Assembly: GCA_964436015.1 (NCBI GenBank)
Contig: CAYTAR010000007.1
Location: 1 to 56,761, forward strand
Reading direction: 5' to 3'
DNA length: 56,761 nt
Source of the DNA: an uncultured Candidatus Saccharibacteria bacterium
GTDB lineage: Bacteria > Patescibacteriota > Minisyncoccia > Phycocordibacterales > GCA-2401445
In this document: piece after piece, positions 38,603 to 47,833 of the stretch
How positions within the stretch are numbered: position 1 is the stretch's first letter
How the letters are laid out: every line of letters begins with the position of its first letter
Made by a program: the position numbers and the translations under genes
The notes under the pieces: generated by a model
What the model saw: only the letters and a program-made list of their open reading frames with translations
The model's database searches: none
What the model was told of the DNA's origin: nothing

Positions 38603-39524
38603 AACTTATTCCTCTTGAATTATAAAAGAAGGCAATCTGATTAAAATCTCGTACCATAGTTTCAAGTGTTTTTTGATACGCACTTACCGCATACACTGCA
38701 CGAAGAGGGTCTTTAAGCGCGAAACTCATATCAAAAATATGTTTCTGCATTCCCATGTATGTATTAACAAGTGACACGTGCGTATTGAGTAGCTCAGATG
38801 GTACGATGACTTGCTTGGACTCTGATGCGATTTTTGCGTAAATGGTGCTAATTTTTGCGATTTTTTCAGTCTCAGTAAGACCTCCTCCATTAACTGCCTT
38901 TTGAAGTAATTGCAGCTCATTTCCTTCTCGTGATTCATTTCTTATTAATACCTGACCCATCTCCTCGGCATATACACGCAAAGTCACATCGTTTGTTTGA
39001 GTAGTTTTCACATCATTTACCGTATACAAAGAGGGCGACTCTTCGCCTATTTGTACCTGCCGAGCGATTGAATTTGCAATGAAATCGGGCGTCACTGCCA
39101 CTCCAGCATTCTTTAGCTCCAAATATTCAACAAAAGCGGTCTGCGCGAGCTTCTCTGTCTCGCTTTCACCTGAATTTGTTATGATTTTTGACACATCAAG
39201 TGTTTCAGTTTCTGCGTTTATAAAATCATTGGGGCCGGGTTTCCGCGGATCACGACCAAGTAGCACCTCTTCCCCGTCCAAAGTCCCATCCCCGTCAGTG
39301 TCGGGGTTTTGTGGATCAGTTTTCCAAAGTGCCTCTTCCCAGTCAGTAAGTCCGTCATTATCACTATCTTTCGAGCTTAAATCGGAAACAATTGCGGGAG
39401 CAAGGGTGTCATTAACCACCACATCTCCCGTATGTGAAGAAAAGAGAAAAAATGAAATACCTAGAAGTGCACATGCAATTCCAATTGCAATAAAAACTCG
39501 TGTAGTTGGGCGCATGCTCACCAT
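38559..39524 (-). CDS. Membrane-anchored protein with a thrombospondin-type-3-like calcium-binding repeat (paralog B)
   Basis: DSDNDGLTDWEEALWKTDPQNPDTDGDGTLDGEEVLLGRDPRKPGPND. Confidence 0.65.
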   Translation of the reverse strand: MVSMRPTTRVFIAIGIACALLGISFFLFSSHTGDVVVNDTLAPAIVSDLSSKDSDNDGLTDWEEALWKTDPQNPDTDGDGTLDGEEVLLGRDPRKPGPNDFINAETETLDVSKIITNSGESETEKLAQTAFVEYLELKNAGVAVTPDFIANSIARQVQIGEESPSLYTVNDVKTTQTNDVTLRVYAEEMGQVLIRNESREGNELQLLQKAVNGGGLTETEKIAKISTIYAKIASESKQVIVPSELLNTHVSLVNTYMGMQKHIFDMSFALKDPLRAVYAVSAYQKTLETMVRDFNQIAFFYNSRGISFEQGTGGYLFLHAI

Positions 39525-39612
39525 CTATATATTGTACCTCGTCATACGCAAAAAGCTCGTGGAAAAGGAGCATAAAAAACTTCCTAGAGGCTTTTTCCTT
39601 TTGGATGAATTA

Positions 39613-40554
39613 CTACTGTTTTAGTGCTTGGGCAAATTGCGTGAAGAAATATGCCGGTTCATTTGCCTGAAACACCACGCCTTCTTTATCAAAATACAGA
39701 GCAAGTGCTTTCAGTGAATCATTCATTTGTAATGCAGAATTTACATATAACATATAGGTTTCTTGTCCAATATCTCCCGCAAACTTCTCCTCTGAAAAGA
39801 GGGTGATGTTCTCTGTATACCCTTTAATAGAATTAAAAAGTCCCATATGTTCTGTTTCAACATTTGTAGGTCGCTCTAGTGCAAAAACTGAATTCGCCAA
39901 ATTCATGTAGTCCGCAACCATTTCCTCAACCCGTTCTCGCACGCTTTCACTCACCCCTGAAGACTCAAGTAACATAGTGAATGTACGATTGTATACCTCA
40001 GTATTTTTGGAAATTGACAAAAACAAAGAGGCAAGCTTGTTACCGTAATCGTGGCGCGCGTCAAAAATAGGTTCCTCTTTCGGTTTGGATACACTGATTA
40101 AAGGAGATGGTTGCGTAACTTGCACTTTCTCTCGTATCGTCGCGTAGTCTGGATTAGTTACCAGTAGTGAGTTTTCTCCCACATCATCGGGGCCAGGCTT
40201 AAGCGGATTCCTCCCCAAAAGCACTTCATCTCCGTCAGATGTACCGTCCCCATCAGTGTCAGGGTTATTTGGGTCGGTTTTCCAGAGACGCTCCTCCCAA
40301 TCAGCCAACCCGTCATTGTCTGAATCACGTACCGACTGCACTCCACCCTCTTCCACAACGGGATTCTCAGTATTACTTTGATTATTTAAAACAACTTCAG
40401 AGTCAGAACTACTCCTTGAACCCAGCACTAACAAAAGCAGTACCCCGAAACCAACAACAAGTACCACAATTCCTATGAGAACCAAAAAACGCTTTTGGTG
40501 TGTGGTATTAAGTAGTACGCTATCCCCGTTTATTTCATGTTCTTTTTCTTCCAT
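39613..40554 (-). CDS. Membrane-anchored protein with a thrombospondin-type-3-like calcium-binding repeat (paralog A)
   Basis: DSDNDGLADWEERLWKTDPNNPDTDGDGTSDGDEVLLGRNPLKPGPDD. The architecture matches the downstream paralog. Confidence 0.65.
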   Translation of the reverse strand: MEEKEHEINGDSVLLNTTHQKRFLVLIGIVVLVVGFGVLLLLVLGSRSSSDSEVVLNNQSNTENPVVEEGGVQSVRDSDNDGLADWEERLWKTDPNNPDTDGDGTSDGDEVLLGRNPLKPGPDDVGENSLLVTNPDYATIREKVQVTQPSPLISVSKPKEEPIFDARHDYGNKLASLFLSISKNTEVYNRTFTMLLESSGVSESVRERVEEMVADYMNLANSVFALERPTNVETEHMGLFNSIKGYTENITLFSEEKFAGDIGQETYMLYVNSALQMNDSLKALALYFDKEGVVFQANEPAYFFTQFAQALKQ

Positions 40555-40589
40555 ATAGTATTCTATAGAGTATACTACTAGTATAACCT

Positions 40590-40946
40590 ATGAATTACAT
40601 TCGTCACACAATCACCTCTGGATTACTTTTTATCTTTACGTTTATTTTTGCACTACTCCCAACTTCAAGTGCATACGCACAAATACCGTTTGGTGGTTAT
40701 GTTACTTTTGTGAATCCTATTTGCCAAATTCCTCCGGGACTTCTTGTGTATCAGACGCCCGCAGGAGGACCAGCAATACTCTTCTATATGTATGGAACAC
40801 CGTTTGGCGTTCCTCCTACTCCAGGACTTGGGATGTTGGGTATAGCACTCGCCTCTCCTATACCTTGTATGTTCTACTGTGGTATTTCAGTGTGTACCGC
40901 AGGAGTAGGAACGTTAATCAGTTTTGTTAAAGTGGCTGGTACTTAA
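40590..40946 (+). CDS. Small secreted/membrane Cys-containing protein
   Basis: Signal peptide ending SSAYAQ, then a hydrophobic Gly/Pro-rich body. Its 3' end overlaps the rsmA 3' end. Confidence 0.45.
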   Translation: MNYIRHTITSGLLFIFTFIFALLPTSSAYAQIPFGGYVTFVNPICQIPPGLLVYQTPAGGPAILFYMYGTPFGVPPTPGLGMLGIALASPIPCMFYCGISVCTAGVGTLISFVKVAGT

Positions 40947-41718
40947 TCCTTTGTGCAATTTCAAACCACACAGAAAGCGGGACATCCTCCGCGCGAACTA
41001 GTGGAGAAAGTGAATATTGTTTAAGGAGCGCGATAAGCGCTTCTTTTTCTATGAGTGACTCAAGATTATTCACTAACTGTTTTCGTTTGCTCTTGAAACC
41101 CGCTCGTACCGCAACAAAAAAATTATGCTCGTGCGCGGGTGATTTGAATTGATTCTTTGAAATACCTCCTACGTAGAGTATTGCGGAGTCCACTTTTGGC
41201 GGAGGAGAAAAACTCCCCGCCTTCACTGTTTCAATGTATTCAGGAACTCCGTATGCTTTAACCGAGAGTGATAAAATACTTTCTTTCCCGTCACGAGAGA
41301 CGATCCGTTCCGCAACTTCTTTTTGAACGAGCAGTACCGCCTGTGTGGGTTGAACTGATCCCGAAAGGAACATTCGCAGAATTGCACCGGTAATGTAGTA
41401 CGGAATATTTGCAACCAGCACAAACGGAGTCTGTGCGTATTCAGCAGTAGAAATTTTTAAAATATCACCATGCACTACTGTTAGTCGTTTCTCGGAAATT
41501 TCTTTTTTAAATTTTTCATGTAGAAGCGGAATGAGTACATCATCTTTTTCCACTGCAACAACTTTTGCACCTGTGTTAAGTAACTCCTGAGTCAACACTC
41601 CTTCTCCCGGACCAATTTCAAATACCACATCGCGTGCGCTCAAGCGAGCACAAGAAATAATTGTTGCAAGTGCTTTTTTTGAACGAAGAAAATGTTGCCC
41701 TAATGATTTCTTTCTCAT
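40927..41718 (-). CDS. rsmA: 16S rRNA (adenine1518/1519-N6)-dimethyltransferase
   Basis: LGQHFL and EIGPGEGVLT SAM motifs. Confidence 0.9.
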   Translation of the reverse strand: MRKKSLGQHFLRSKKALATIISCARLSARDVVFEIGPGEGVLTQELLNTGAKVVAVEKDDVLIPLLHEKFKKEISEKRLTVVHGDILKISTAEYAQTPFVLVANIPYYITGAILRMFLSGSVQPTQAVLLVQKEVAERIVSRDGKESILSLSVKAYGVPEYIETVKAGSFSPPPKVDSAILYVGGISKNQFKSPAHEHNFFVAVRAGFKSKRKQLVNNLESLIEKEALIALLKQYSLSPLVRAEDVPLSVWFEIAQRIKYQPL

Positions 41719-41722
41719 ACAT

Positions 41723-43657
41723 TTATTCTAGATACACCACACGCTCGGAGGACACATGAGGTTCAGGTTCATACAAACAAAGTGATGCATCAATATCATT
41801 AAAATATTCTGAAGGAGCACTCACTATCGTTGAACCAAACACGGTTCTCATTTGTGCATAGGAAAGATACACTTGCTTCTTCGCACGAGTAAGTGCGACA
41901 TAAAAAAGTCTACGCTCTTCTTCGCGGTCTCTAACTGAATTACTCTCATCTGTTTTGTACGGAAACAATCCTTCCTCAAGACCGGTGATGAAGACATGTT
42001 CAAACTCAAGTCCCTTTGATGCGTGAACCGTCATCAACTTTACACCCCCATCGGTACTTTTCAAACTATCCTGATCGCTCGCAAGAATTGCACTTTCCAA
42101 AAATTCATCGACCGAAGTATCAGGAGGGAGCGCATCAAATCGTGATGCAACGTTTCCAAGCTCAATGATGTTTTGTAGACGCTCTCGATCATCCTCATCT
42201 CCCTCCTCAAGGTGCTTTGTAATACCAGTTACGTCAGATACAAACTGAATGAGTTCGGAAGGTTTTTTTACTTTGCTCGCTCGCTCAATAGACTGAAGAA
42301 GAACTCGAAACTCCTCTACTCTCTTTTTCATTGCGGGAGTAAGTTCACTCTCTCTTCCTGCAACTATTTTTATGAGTGTCGTTTTCCCGATACCTCGAGG
42401 CGGCACATTGATCACCCGCTCAAGGTCCGATACCCCGTTCGGGTTTCGAGCGAGCCTAATGAATGAGATGATATCTTTTACTTCAGCTCTATCAAAAAAT
42501 TTTGTACCAAGAACCTGATACGGAATACCTGCGCGAAGAAAAGATTCTTCCAAAGCACGTGATTGAAAATTCGCACGATACAGTACTGCAACCTCATGCG
42601 GGGGTACGCCTCCTCTGATTAACCCCGAGACTTTTTCCGCAACGACATTTCCTTCGTGCTGTGCGTCACCGCACGCAAAAATACAAACCGCATCACCTAC
42701 TCCATTCTGAGTAAATAATTTTTTTTCTCTCCGATGGATATTTTTTTCAATCACACTATTTGCTACAGAAAGAATGGTTTGTGTTGAACGGTAGTTCTCC
42801 TCTAAGAGCACGGTTGTCGCGCCGGGAAAATCTGTTTCAAAATTGAGAATATTTTTTACATTTGCTCCCCGCCACCCATAGATGGTTTGATCAGCATCAC
42901 CCACTACACACACATTTAAATGTTTCTCCCCGAGGAGACGAATAAGTTCATACTGAACCTGATTCGTATCTTGGTATTCATCCACATGTAAATACCTCCA
43001 TGCATTTTGGAAATACGTTCGTGCTGGCTCATCACGCTTGAGAAGCTCTAGGGTTTCAAGAAGGAGATCATCAAAATCGAAAGCATTTTCCTTCTTTAAC
43101 AGTGTTTCATACTGCTCCCATATAGAAGACACAAGCTCTTCACGATACCCCGACAACCCACGATGACGGAACGAGGTGAGTGAGACCGCGTTACCTTTCT
43201 CACGCGAAATCAGTGAGAGAAACATTTTGGGATCATATTCTTTCGGATCCAAATCCTCTGCTTTGATTGCACGTTTCATTGCGCGAAGAGAATCATCTCT
43301 ATCAAAAATACTAAAATATTTTGTACGTCCCACCTTGTGTGATTCTTGCCGCAAGATATGAATACACAACCTATGGAAAGTTGAAACAAAAGGTCGGGAC
43401 TCTGTACTCACCGGAAAATTCATCAGCGGTGTATTTGAAAGTAGCACATCAACCCGCTCTCGCATTTCACGTGCCGCTTTGTTGGTAAAAGTAATAGCAA
43501 GAATGTGTGTTGGATCGACCCCCTTGCGAATTATATTTTGAATTCGATGAGTGATTGTTTTTGTCTTACCAGCTCCTGCTCCGGCAATGATGACCAGAGG
43601 TCCCTCGGTGGTTTCAACCGCTCTTCTTTGTTCTGAATTTAATATATCTTCTTTCAT
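41723..43657 (-). CDS. UvrD/PcrA/Rep-family ATP-dependent DNA helicase
   Basis: AGAGAGKTKT Walker A, DEYQDTN, and the VHASKGLEF and YVALTRAK motifs. Confidence 0.9.
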   Translation of the reverse strand: MKEDILNSEQRRAVETTEGPLVIIAGAGAGKTKTITHRIQNIIRKGVDPTHILAITFTNKAAREMRERVDVLLSNTPLMNFPVSTESRPFVSTFHRLCIHILRQESHKVGRTKYFSIFDRDDSLRAMKRAIKAEDLDPKEYDPKMFLSLISREKGNAVSLTSFRHRGLSGYREELVSSIWEQYETLLKKENAFDFDDLLLETLELLKRDEPARTYFQNAWRYLHVDEYQDTNQVQYELIRLLGEKHLNVCVVGDADQTIYGWRGANVKNILNFETDFPGATTVLLEENYRSTQTILSVANSVIEKNIHRREKKLFTQNGVGDAVCIFACGDAQHEGNVVAEKVSGLIRGGVPPHEVAVLYRANFQSRALEESFLRAGIPYQVLGTKFFDRAEVKDIISFIRLARNPNGVSDLERVINVPPRGIGKTTLIKIVAGRESELTPAMKKRVEEFRVLLQSIERASKVKKPSELIQFVSDVTGITKHLEEGDEDDRERLQNIIELGNVASRFDALPPDTSVDEFLESAILASDQDSLKSTDGGVKLMTVHASKGLEFEHVFITGLEEGLFPYKTDESNSVRDREEERRLFYVALTRAKKQVYLSYAQMRTVFGSTIVSAPSEYFNDIDASLCLYEPEPHVSSERVVYLE

Positions 43658-43686
43658 GCACGGTTACTATATCACACTCACCGTGA

Positions 43687-44973
43687 GTGATATACTACAG
43701 CATACATATGGTTACATTGCTTGAAAAAATAATTGAGTTTCTAGCGACCGCAATTGTTTCGTTACTCATTACGCTCGGCTTCATCACGGTACCAGAACAC
43801 ACTGAGAGTCGTGTGGATTTTGAAAACAACATGGTGACAACACACACCTCTTCTTCTACAGCAGAAAAAATAATTACTGAAACTACTCCGGATAGAGGAA
43901 ATGAAAATAGTGTTCTCTCCGCCGACACGGAAACCGAAAATAACTCCCCACCCCCCCTGAAGGAAGAGGAGGTGAGAGTAGAGGTTGTGCCTATAATTAC
44001 ACAGAGTCCAAACAGCTCAACTGATTTAGTTCAAACTGTCAAAACTACTGAGGAAAAAAATACACCCACTGAAACACTCTTGAGTGAGAATACACTTCCA
44101 ACATTTGAAACGGTAGATTTACAAGATGTGAATACGCGTGCACGTTCCGCACTAGTAAATATTTTTTGTAGAAGCGACGGAAGCGGAAACACGCAATCAA
44201 TTGTTGGAAGTGGAATCATCATCGACCCCCGAGGAATTATTTTAACAAATGCACACGTCGCTCAATTTTTACTTTTGAAAGATGCCCCCCAGAAAAACGC
44301 TCTCGACTGTACGATTAGAATGCATGATCCAGCTACCCCACTGTACCGAGCGGATCTGCTCTATATATCTCCGTCATGGATAGAAGAAAATGCAACCATG
44401 CTAACTAACGAGCGACCAACAGGTACTGGGCAATTTGATTTTGCATTTCTCTATATCACCGAGCACGTAAACCAGAGCCAGACTCTCCCCTCTTCATTCC
44501 CCTTCCTCACACCCAACACAACCCACGAACTCACACTCGAGCAACAAGTACTAGTTGCCGGATATCCAGCGGGCTTCTTAAGTGGAAGTGACATTGAAAG
44601 AAATCTGTACAGTGCATCTTCGTACGTCACGGTTGAAGAATTGTTCACTTTTTCAGAAACAACTATTGATCTCGTATCTCTCTCAGGAAGTATTGTTGCA
44701 CAACGAGGCTCATCGGGAGGAGCTGTCGTTTCCATAAACAAGCAACAAGTTGAAGGTATTATCACGACCGTTGCTGACGCGCCAGAAACAAAAGATAGAC
44801 GCTTGCGAGCAATTACCATATCACACATTGATGACACCTTGTTCAAGGAAGCACAGATACGAATTCCATTTCTTCTAGGGAGCAACCTTAAAGAAACTGC
44901 TCAGTCATTTGAAGAGTTAGTTGGTGGCACACTCAGAAAAAAACTAGTAGACGTTCTCTATCCTCAGCAGTAA
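43687..44973 (+). CDS. Membrane-anchored trypsin-like (S1C/HtrA-like) serine protease without a PDZ domain
   Basis: GSGIIIDPRGIILTNAHV (His) and GSSGGAVV (Ser), with an N-terminal TM helix. Confidence 0.75.
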   Translation: MIYYSIHMVTLLEKIIEFLATAIVSLLITLGFITVPEHTESRVDFENNMVTTHTSSSTAEKIITETTPDRGNENSVLSADTETENNSPPPLKEEEVRVEVVPIITQSPNSSTDLVQTVKTTEEKNTPTETLLSENTLPTFETVDLQDVNTRARSALVNIFCRSDGSGNTQSIVGSGIIIDPRGIILTNAHVAQFLLLKDAPQKNALDCTIRMHDPATPLYRADLLYISPSWIEENATMLTNERPTGTGQFDFAFLYITEHVNQSQTLPSSFPFLTPNTTHELTLEQQVLVAGYPAGFLSGSDIERNLYSASSYVTVEELFTFSETTIDLVSLSGSIVAQRGSSGGAVVSINKQQVEGIITTVADAPETKDRRLRAITISHIDDTLFKEAQIRIPFLLGSNLKETAQSFEELVGGTLRKKLVDVLYPQQ

Positions 44974-44978
44974 TATTT

Positions 44979-46133
44979 TTACGCGTTCAACTTTTGAAGC
45001 GATACGTGGAGTGTTTGTGTTGGGAAAGCTATTGATACACCTAAGTGCGCGAGAGCATCTTTAAGCGCAAAATTAAATTCTTGTTGAATATCCATGTACG
45101 TATTGTAATCGGGAGAAATAACATAGTAGACCACCTCAAAAATAAGTGCGGATTCGCCAAATGATGCAAAGTGCGTTCTGTCAAAACGCGCATTCGTAAG
45201 ATGGGTGACTATGCGCTCCACTGATTTATTTACTTCTTTAAGTTTCTCACTTGGTGTTCCATACTCGACACCAAACTGAGTTACCACTCTTCGCTCTTGT
45301 AATTTTTTAAAATTTTGAACACGAGAACTCATCAACTCTTGATTTGAAACTACAATCTCTTCACCTTGAAGTGCGCGTATTCGTGTTGTTTTAATTCCAA
45401 TACGCTCAACTACACCCATAGAATTTCCAACAACAATAAAGTCCCCTTCGGTAAACGGTTTATCAAAACGGATAGCAAAAGATGCGAAGAGATCGCTTAA
45501 GATACTCTGCAGTGCAATCGCAATCGCCAAACCTCCAACACCCAAACCTGCAATGAGTGAAGTGATTTCGACTCCAATATTTGAGAGTATGGTAAGAAAA
45601 CCAAAAAGCCACAATAAACCAGTCCCTATCTTCCCTACATTTACCAGTGCAATTTTAGAACCCGGGTCATTCTGTTTTTTTGTGAGTGTACTGAGGAAAT
45701 ATTTTAGGAGCACATCTCCAATTTTTACACCATAGTACACCACCCACACGGTGATAATAAAAGAAAGAGCCCGACTCAATGGTAATGGAAGTGAAAGAAA
45801 CTGAACTATTAAATAGAATGAAAGAAATGAGTAAAATGGCGGACGAAATGTTTCAACAATATGTACTAACACATCATCAACATCAGTTTTTGTCTTTTGA
45901 GCAAAAACTTTAAAGCGTGCGACCAATGCGCGCTGAATCACTTTGAACATCAGTATAAGGATAAGAATCCCTACCAATGCCGCTACATATTCCTTAAATG
46001 TGTTCCCTAATACTTCATACTGCCACAAAGGTGCGTCCATACCGGGAATATTTGCGACTGTTGTTTTAAACATTTCAATGTAGTTCATAAAGAATATATT
46101 CATTAAGCTGACAAGTACTACACAGTTAAACAA
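44979..46133 (-). CDS. MscS-family mechanosensitive channel
   Basis: TM3-beta domain signature: GLGVGGLAIAIALQ ... GDFIVVGNSMGVVERIGIKTTRIR. Confidence 0.88.
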   Translation of the reverse strand: MFNCVVLVSLMNIFFMNYIEMFKTTVANIPGMDAPLWQYEVLGNTFKEYVAALVGILILILMFKVIQRALVARFKVFAQKTKTDVDDVLVHIVETFRPPFYSFLSFYLIVQFLSLPLPLSRALSFIITVWVVYYGVKIGDVLLKYFLSTLTKKQNDPGSKIALVNVGKIGTGLLWLFGFLTILSNIGVEITSLIAGLGVGGLAIAIALQSILSDLFASFAIRFDKPFTEGDFIVVGNSMGVVERIGIKTTRIRALQGEEIVVSNQELMSSRVQNFKKLQERRVVTQFGVEYGTPSEKLKEVNKSVERIVTHLTNARFDRTHFASFGESALIFEVVYYVISPDYNTYMDIQQEFNFALKDALAHLGVSIAFPTQTLHVSLQKLNA

Positions 46134-46199
46134 CCAAGTACTTCCCTGTCAAATAGGTTCTCGTTATTATGTAGGAGTAAAGTAGTATATTCTATATAT

Positions 46200-46505
46200 A
46201 TGATATACAACAAACTTGTCAGGGATCGCATTCCGGAAATCATCAAAAACAAGGGAGAAAAAGCTATTTACCACACCGCAAGTGAAGCTGAGTATAAAGA
46301 AAAACTTATTGAGAAACTCTCTGAAGAAACACAAGAGTACATTCGCAGTGAAGACGTTTCCGAACTCGCCGATATACTTGAAGTTATTTATTCCCTTGCC
46401 TCACTCTCTAAAGTTTCATCTGAAACACTTGAAAAAATACGAATCGACAAAGCCCAGAAACGGGGCTCATTTAAGGAAAAAATTATCCTTGAAGAGACTC
46501 TATAA
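46200..46505 (+). CDS. MazG-like all-alpha NTP pyrophosphohydrolase (PRA-PH-like)
   Basis: The YNKLVRDRIPEII start and EExxEY / ELADILEV acidic motifs are typical of this small family. Confidence 0.6.
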   Translation: MIYNKLVRDRIPEIIKNKGEKAIYHTASEAEYKEKLIEKLSEETQEYIRSEDVSELADILEVIYSLASLSKVSSETLEKIRIDKAQKRGSFKEKIILEETL

Positions 46506-46667
46506 CCAGATCCATTTTGTATTCAGTAAGCACTGGATACCCTATTTCTATACACTAAAAACAAACGATACAGGCGAAAGCAGTGTTTCTTAGGTAAAAA
46601 TATAGTTTAAACTATAGAATAAACATTTTCGCCAGAATCTCCCTCAACTCACATTTTCTCGTCAGAA

Positions 46668-46894
46668 AATATGGTTTGGGCACCGGCTCGTTGTTGCTCG
46701 AAGCTCGCAACATACTCCGCTGGTCGCTCTCGTGCACAATCTCACTTCGTTCGCTTGTGCCCTCGGACAGAATCAAACCTTACAGGTTCAGTACCCCAAT
46801 TGGATTTTTTCTTCGCCCTTCAGGCTCAAAAAAATGCTCAATCGGGCTTCGAATCCCGGGCGAAAGCGTACCCACGCTTTCTCGCAATTTGATG
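46668..46894 (-). repeat. Structured element trailing tRNA-Pro, with an antisense Pro T-arm block and a foreign tRNA 3'-end fragment
   Basis: ttcgaatcccgg at 46848-46859 (plus strand) is antisense relative to the minus-strand tRNA. A hairpin lies at 46860-46885. A tRNA-like 3' fragment at 46756-46779 (minus sense ggtttgattctgtccgagggcaca) does not match any tRNA in the window. Confidence 0.7.
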
Positions 46895-46967
46895 TCGGAG
46901 CGCCGGGATTCGAACCCGGAGTCATCTGCTCCCAAAGCAGACATGTTAGCCGTTACACCACGCTCCG
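46895..46967 (-). tRNA. tRNA-Pro (anticodon TGG), no encoded CCA
   Basis: Acceptor CGGAGCG/CGCTCCG, anticodon arm TCTGC-TTTGGGA-GCAGA, T arm CCGGG-TTCGAAT-CCCGG. Confidence 0.9.
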
Positions 46968-47020
46968 ATACAATTCAACTACGCTAGTCTAGCATACTGA
47001 ATGCAAAACGCCAGTACTTT

Positions 47021-47044
47021 TATAAAGGACATATGTCCTTTATA
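47021..47044. promoter_or_regulatory. Perfect 24-bp palindrome tataaaggacatatgtcctttata
   Basis: It is self-complementary and abuts the yraN stop codon. The half-site ATAAAGGACAT recurs at 47555-47613 and 50649-50690. Confidence 0.6.
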
Positions 47045-47461
47045 CTACCCCACGTTTACATTTTTTATGTGACGAACCCTTGCAACTCTATTTTGAGTAT
47101 CCAAGCGAACAATTAGCGCATCTAATCTCCATTCTGTTTCATCAGAAACATTATTTTCTAGGAGATAACTCCTAATGGTGCGAGTAAGTCTATCTATTTT
47201 CTTCCTATGTATATTCTCCTCAATACTATATATGCCATCAACACTCGTTACACGTGGAACATACAGTTTTTCAGTTTTTACCTCAACAAAAACCATTATT
47301 CTCTTTTCACGTGCAACAATATCTATTTCTCCCCACTTCTTTCTATAATTTCTGGCAATAACTGAAAACCCCTTTCTGGAAAGGAAGATCTCAGCAATAT
47401 CCTCACCGATTCTCCCAAACTTCATTTTGTCGGTTTCCCGTGAAATATTATTTGTATCCAT
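47045..47461 (-). CDS. yraN: YraN (UPF0102) family endonuclease-like protein
   Basis: GRIGEDIAEIFLSRKGF...NYRKKWGEIDIVA...MVFVEVKT signature. Confidence 0.85.
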   Translation of the reverse strand: MDTNNISRETDKMKFGRIGEDIAEIFLSRKGFSVIARNYRKKWGEIDIVAREKRIMVFVEVKTEKLYVPRVTSVDGIYSIEENIHRKKIDRLTRTIRSYLLENNVSDETEWRLDALIVRLDTQNRVARVRHIKNVNVG

Positions 47462-47629
47462 ATTTATAATAATACTATACCAACCTTGTTACACATGTAA
47501 CATTGTTTCATGTGAAACACACATATTTGTGTGATTGTCAAATATATGGCTCAAAATAAGGACATTTTGTCAAAGTCGTGTTATAAAAAGACAGCTAGCC
47601 ACATGTCTTTTATTCACATATCCACTGAG

Positions 47630-47638
47630 TTATCCACA
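47630..47638 (+). promoter_or_regulatory. Perfect DnaA-box 9-mer TTATCCACA
   Basis: Exact consensus, 17 nt from the degenerate ATAAGGACAT/ATGTCTTTTAT inverted repeat. Confidence 0.35.
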
Positions 47639-47746
47639 GTTTTGTGGTTAAAAAAGAGGATAACGATGTAGAGTAGGGTACTTTTCTGGCTTTAAGGGTA
47701 ATTGTAAATTAACTTTGTTTCCCTTTATTTTATCAATACTTAGAGG

Positions 47747-47752
47747 TATAAT
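47747..47752 (+). promoter_or_regulatory. Candidate -10 box for tRNA-Gly(GCC)
   Basis: TATAAT lies 10 nt upstream of the mature tRNA 5' end. I saw no convincing -35. Confidence 0.4.
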
Positions 47753-47762
47753 TGCTTTCACT

Positions 47763-47833
47763 GCGGGTATGGTTTAGTGGTAGAACACGTCCTTGCCAAG
47801 GACGAGTCGGGGGTTCGATTCCCCCTACCCGCA
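47763..47833 (+). tRNA. tRNA-Gly (anticodon GCC), no encoded CCA
   Basis: Acceptor GCGGGTA/TACCCGC, anticodon arm CGTCC-TTGCCAA-GGACG, T arm GGGGG-TTCGATT-CCCCC. Confidence 0.92.

Noticed and set aside
46216-46992. ORFs of 86-125 aa overlapping the mazG-like gene, the Pro trailer and tRNA-Pro
   Set aside because: They overlap a tRNA gene and structured repeats. They have an Arg/Ser/Leu-rich composition and alternative-frame redundancy, which does not look like coding sequence.
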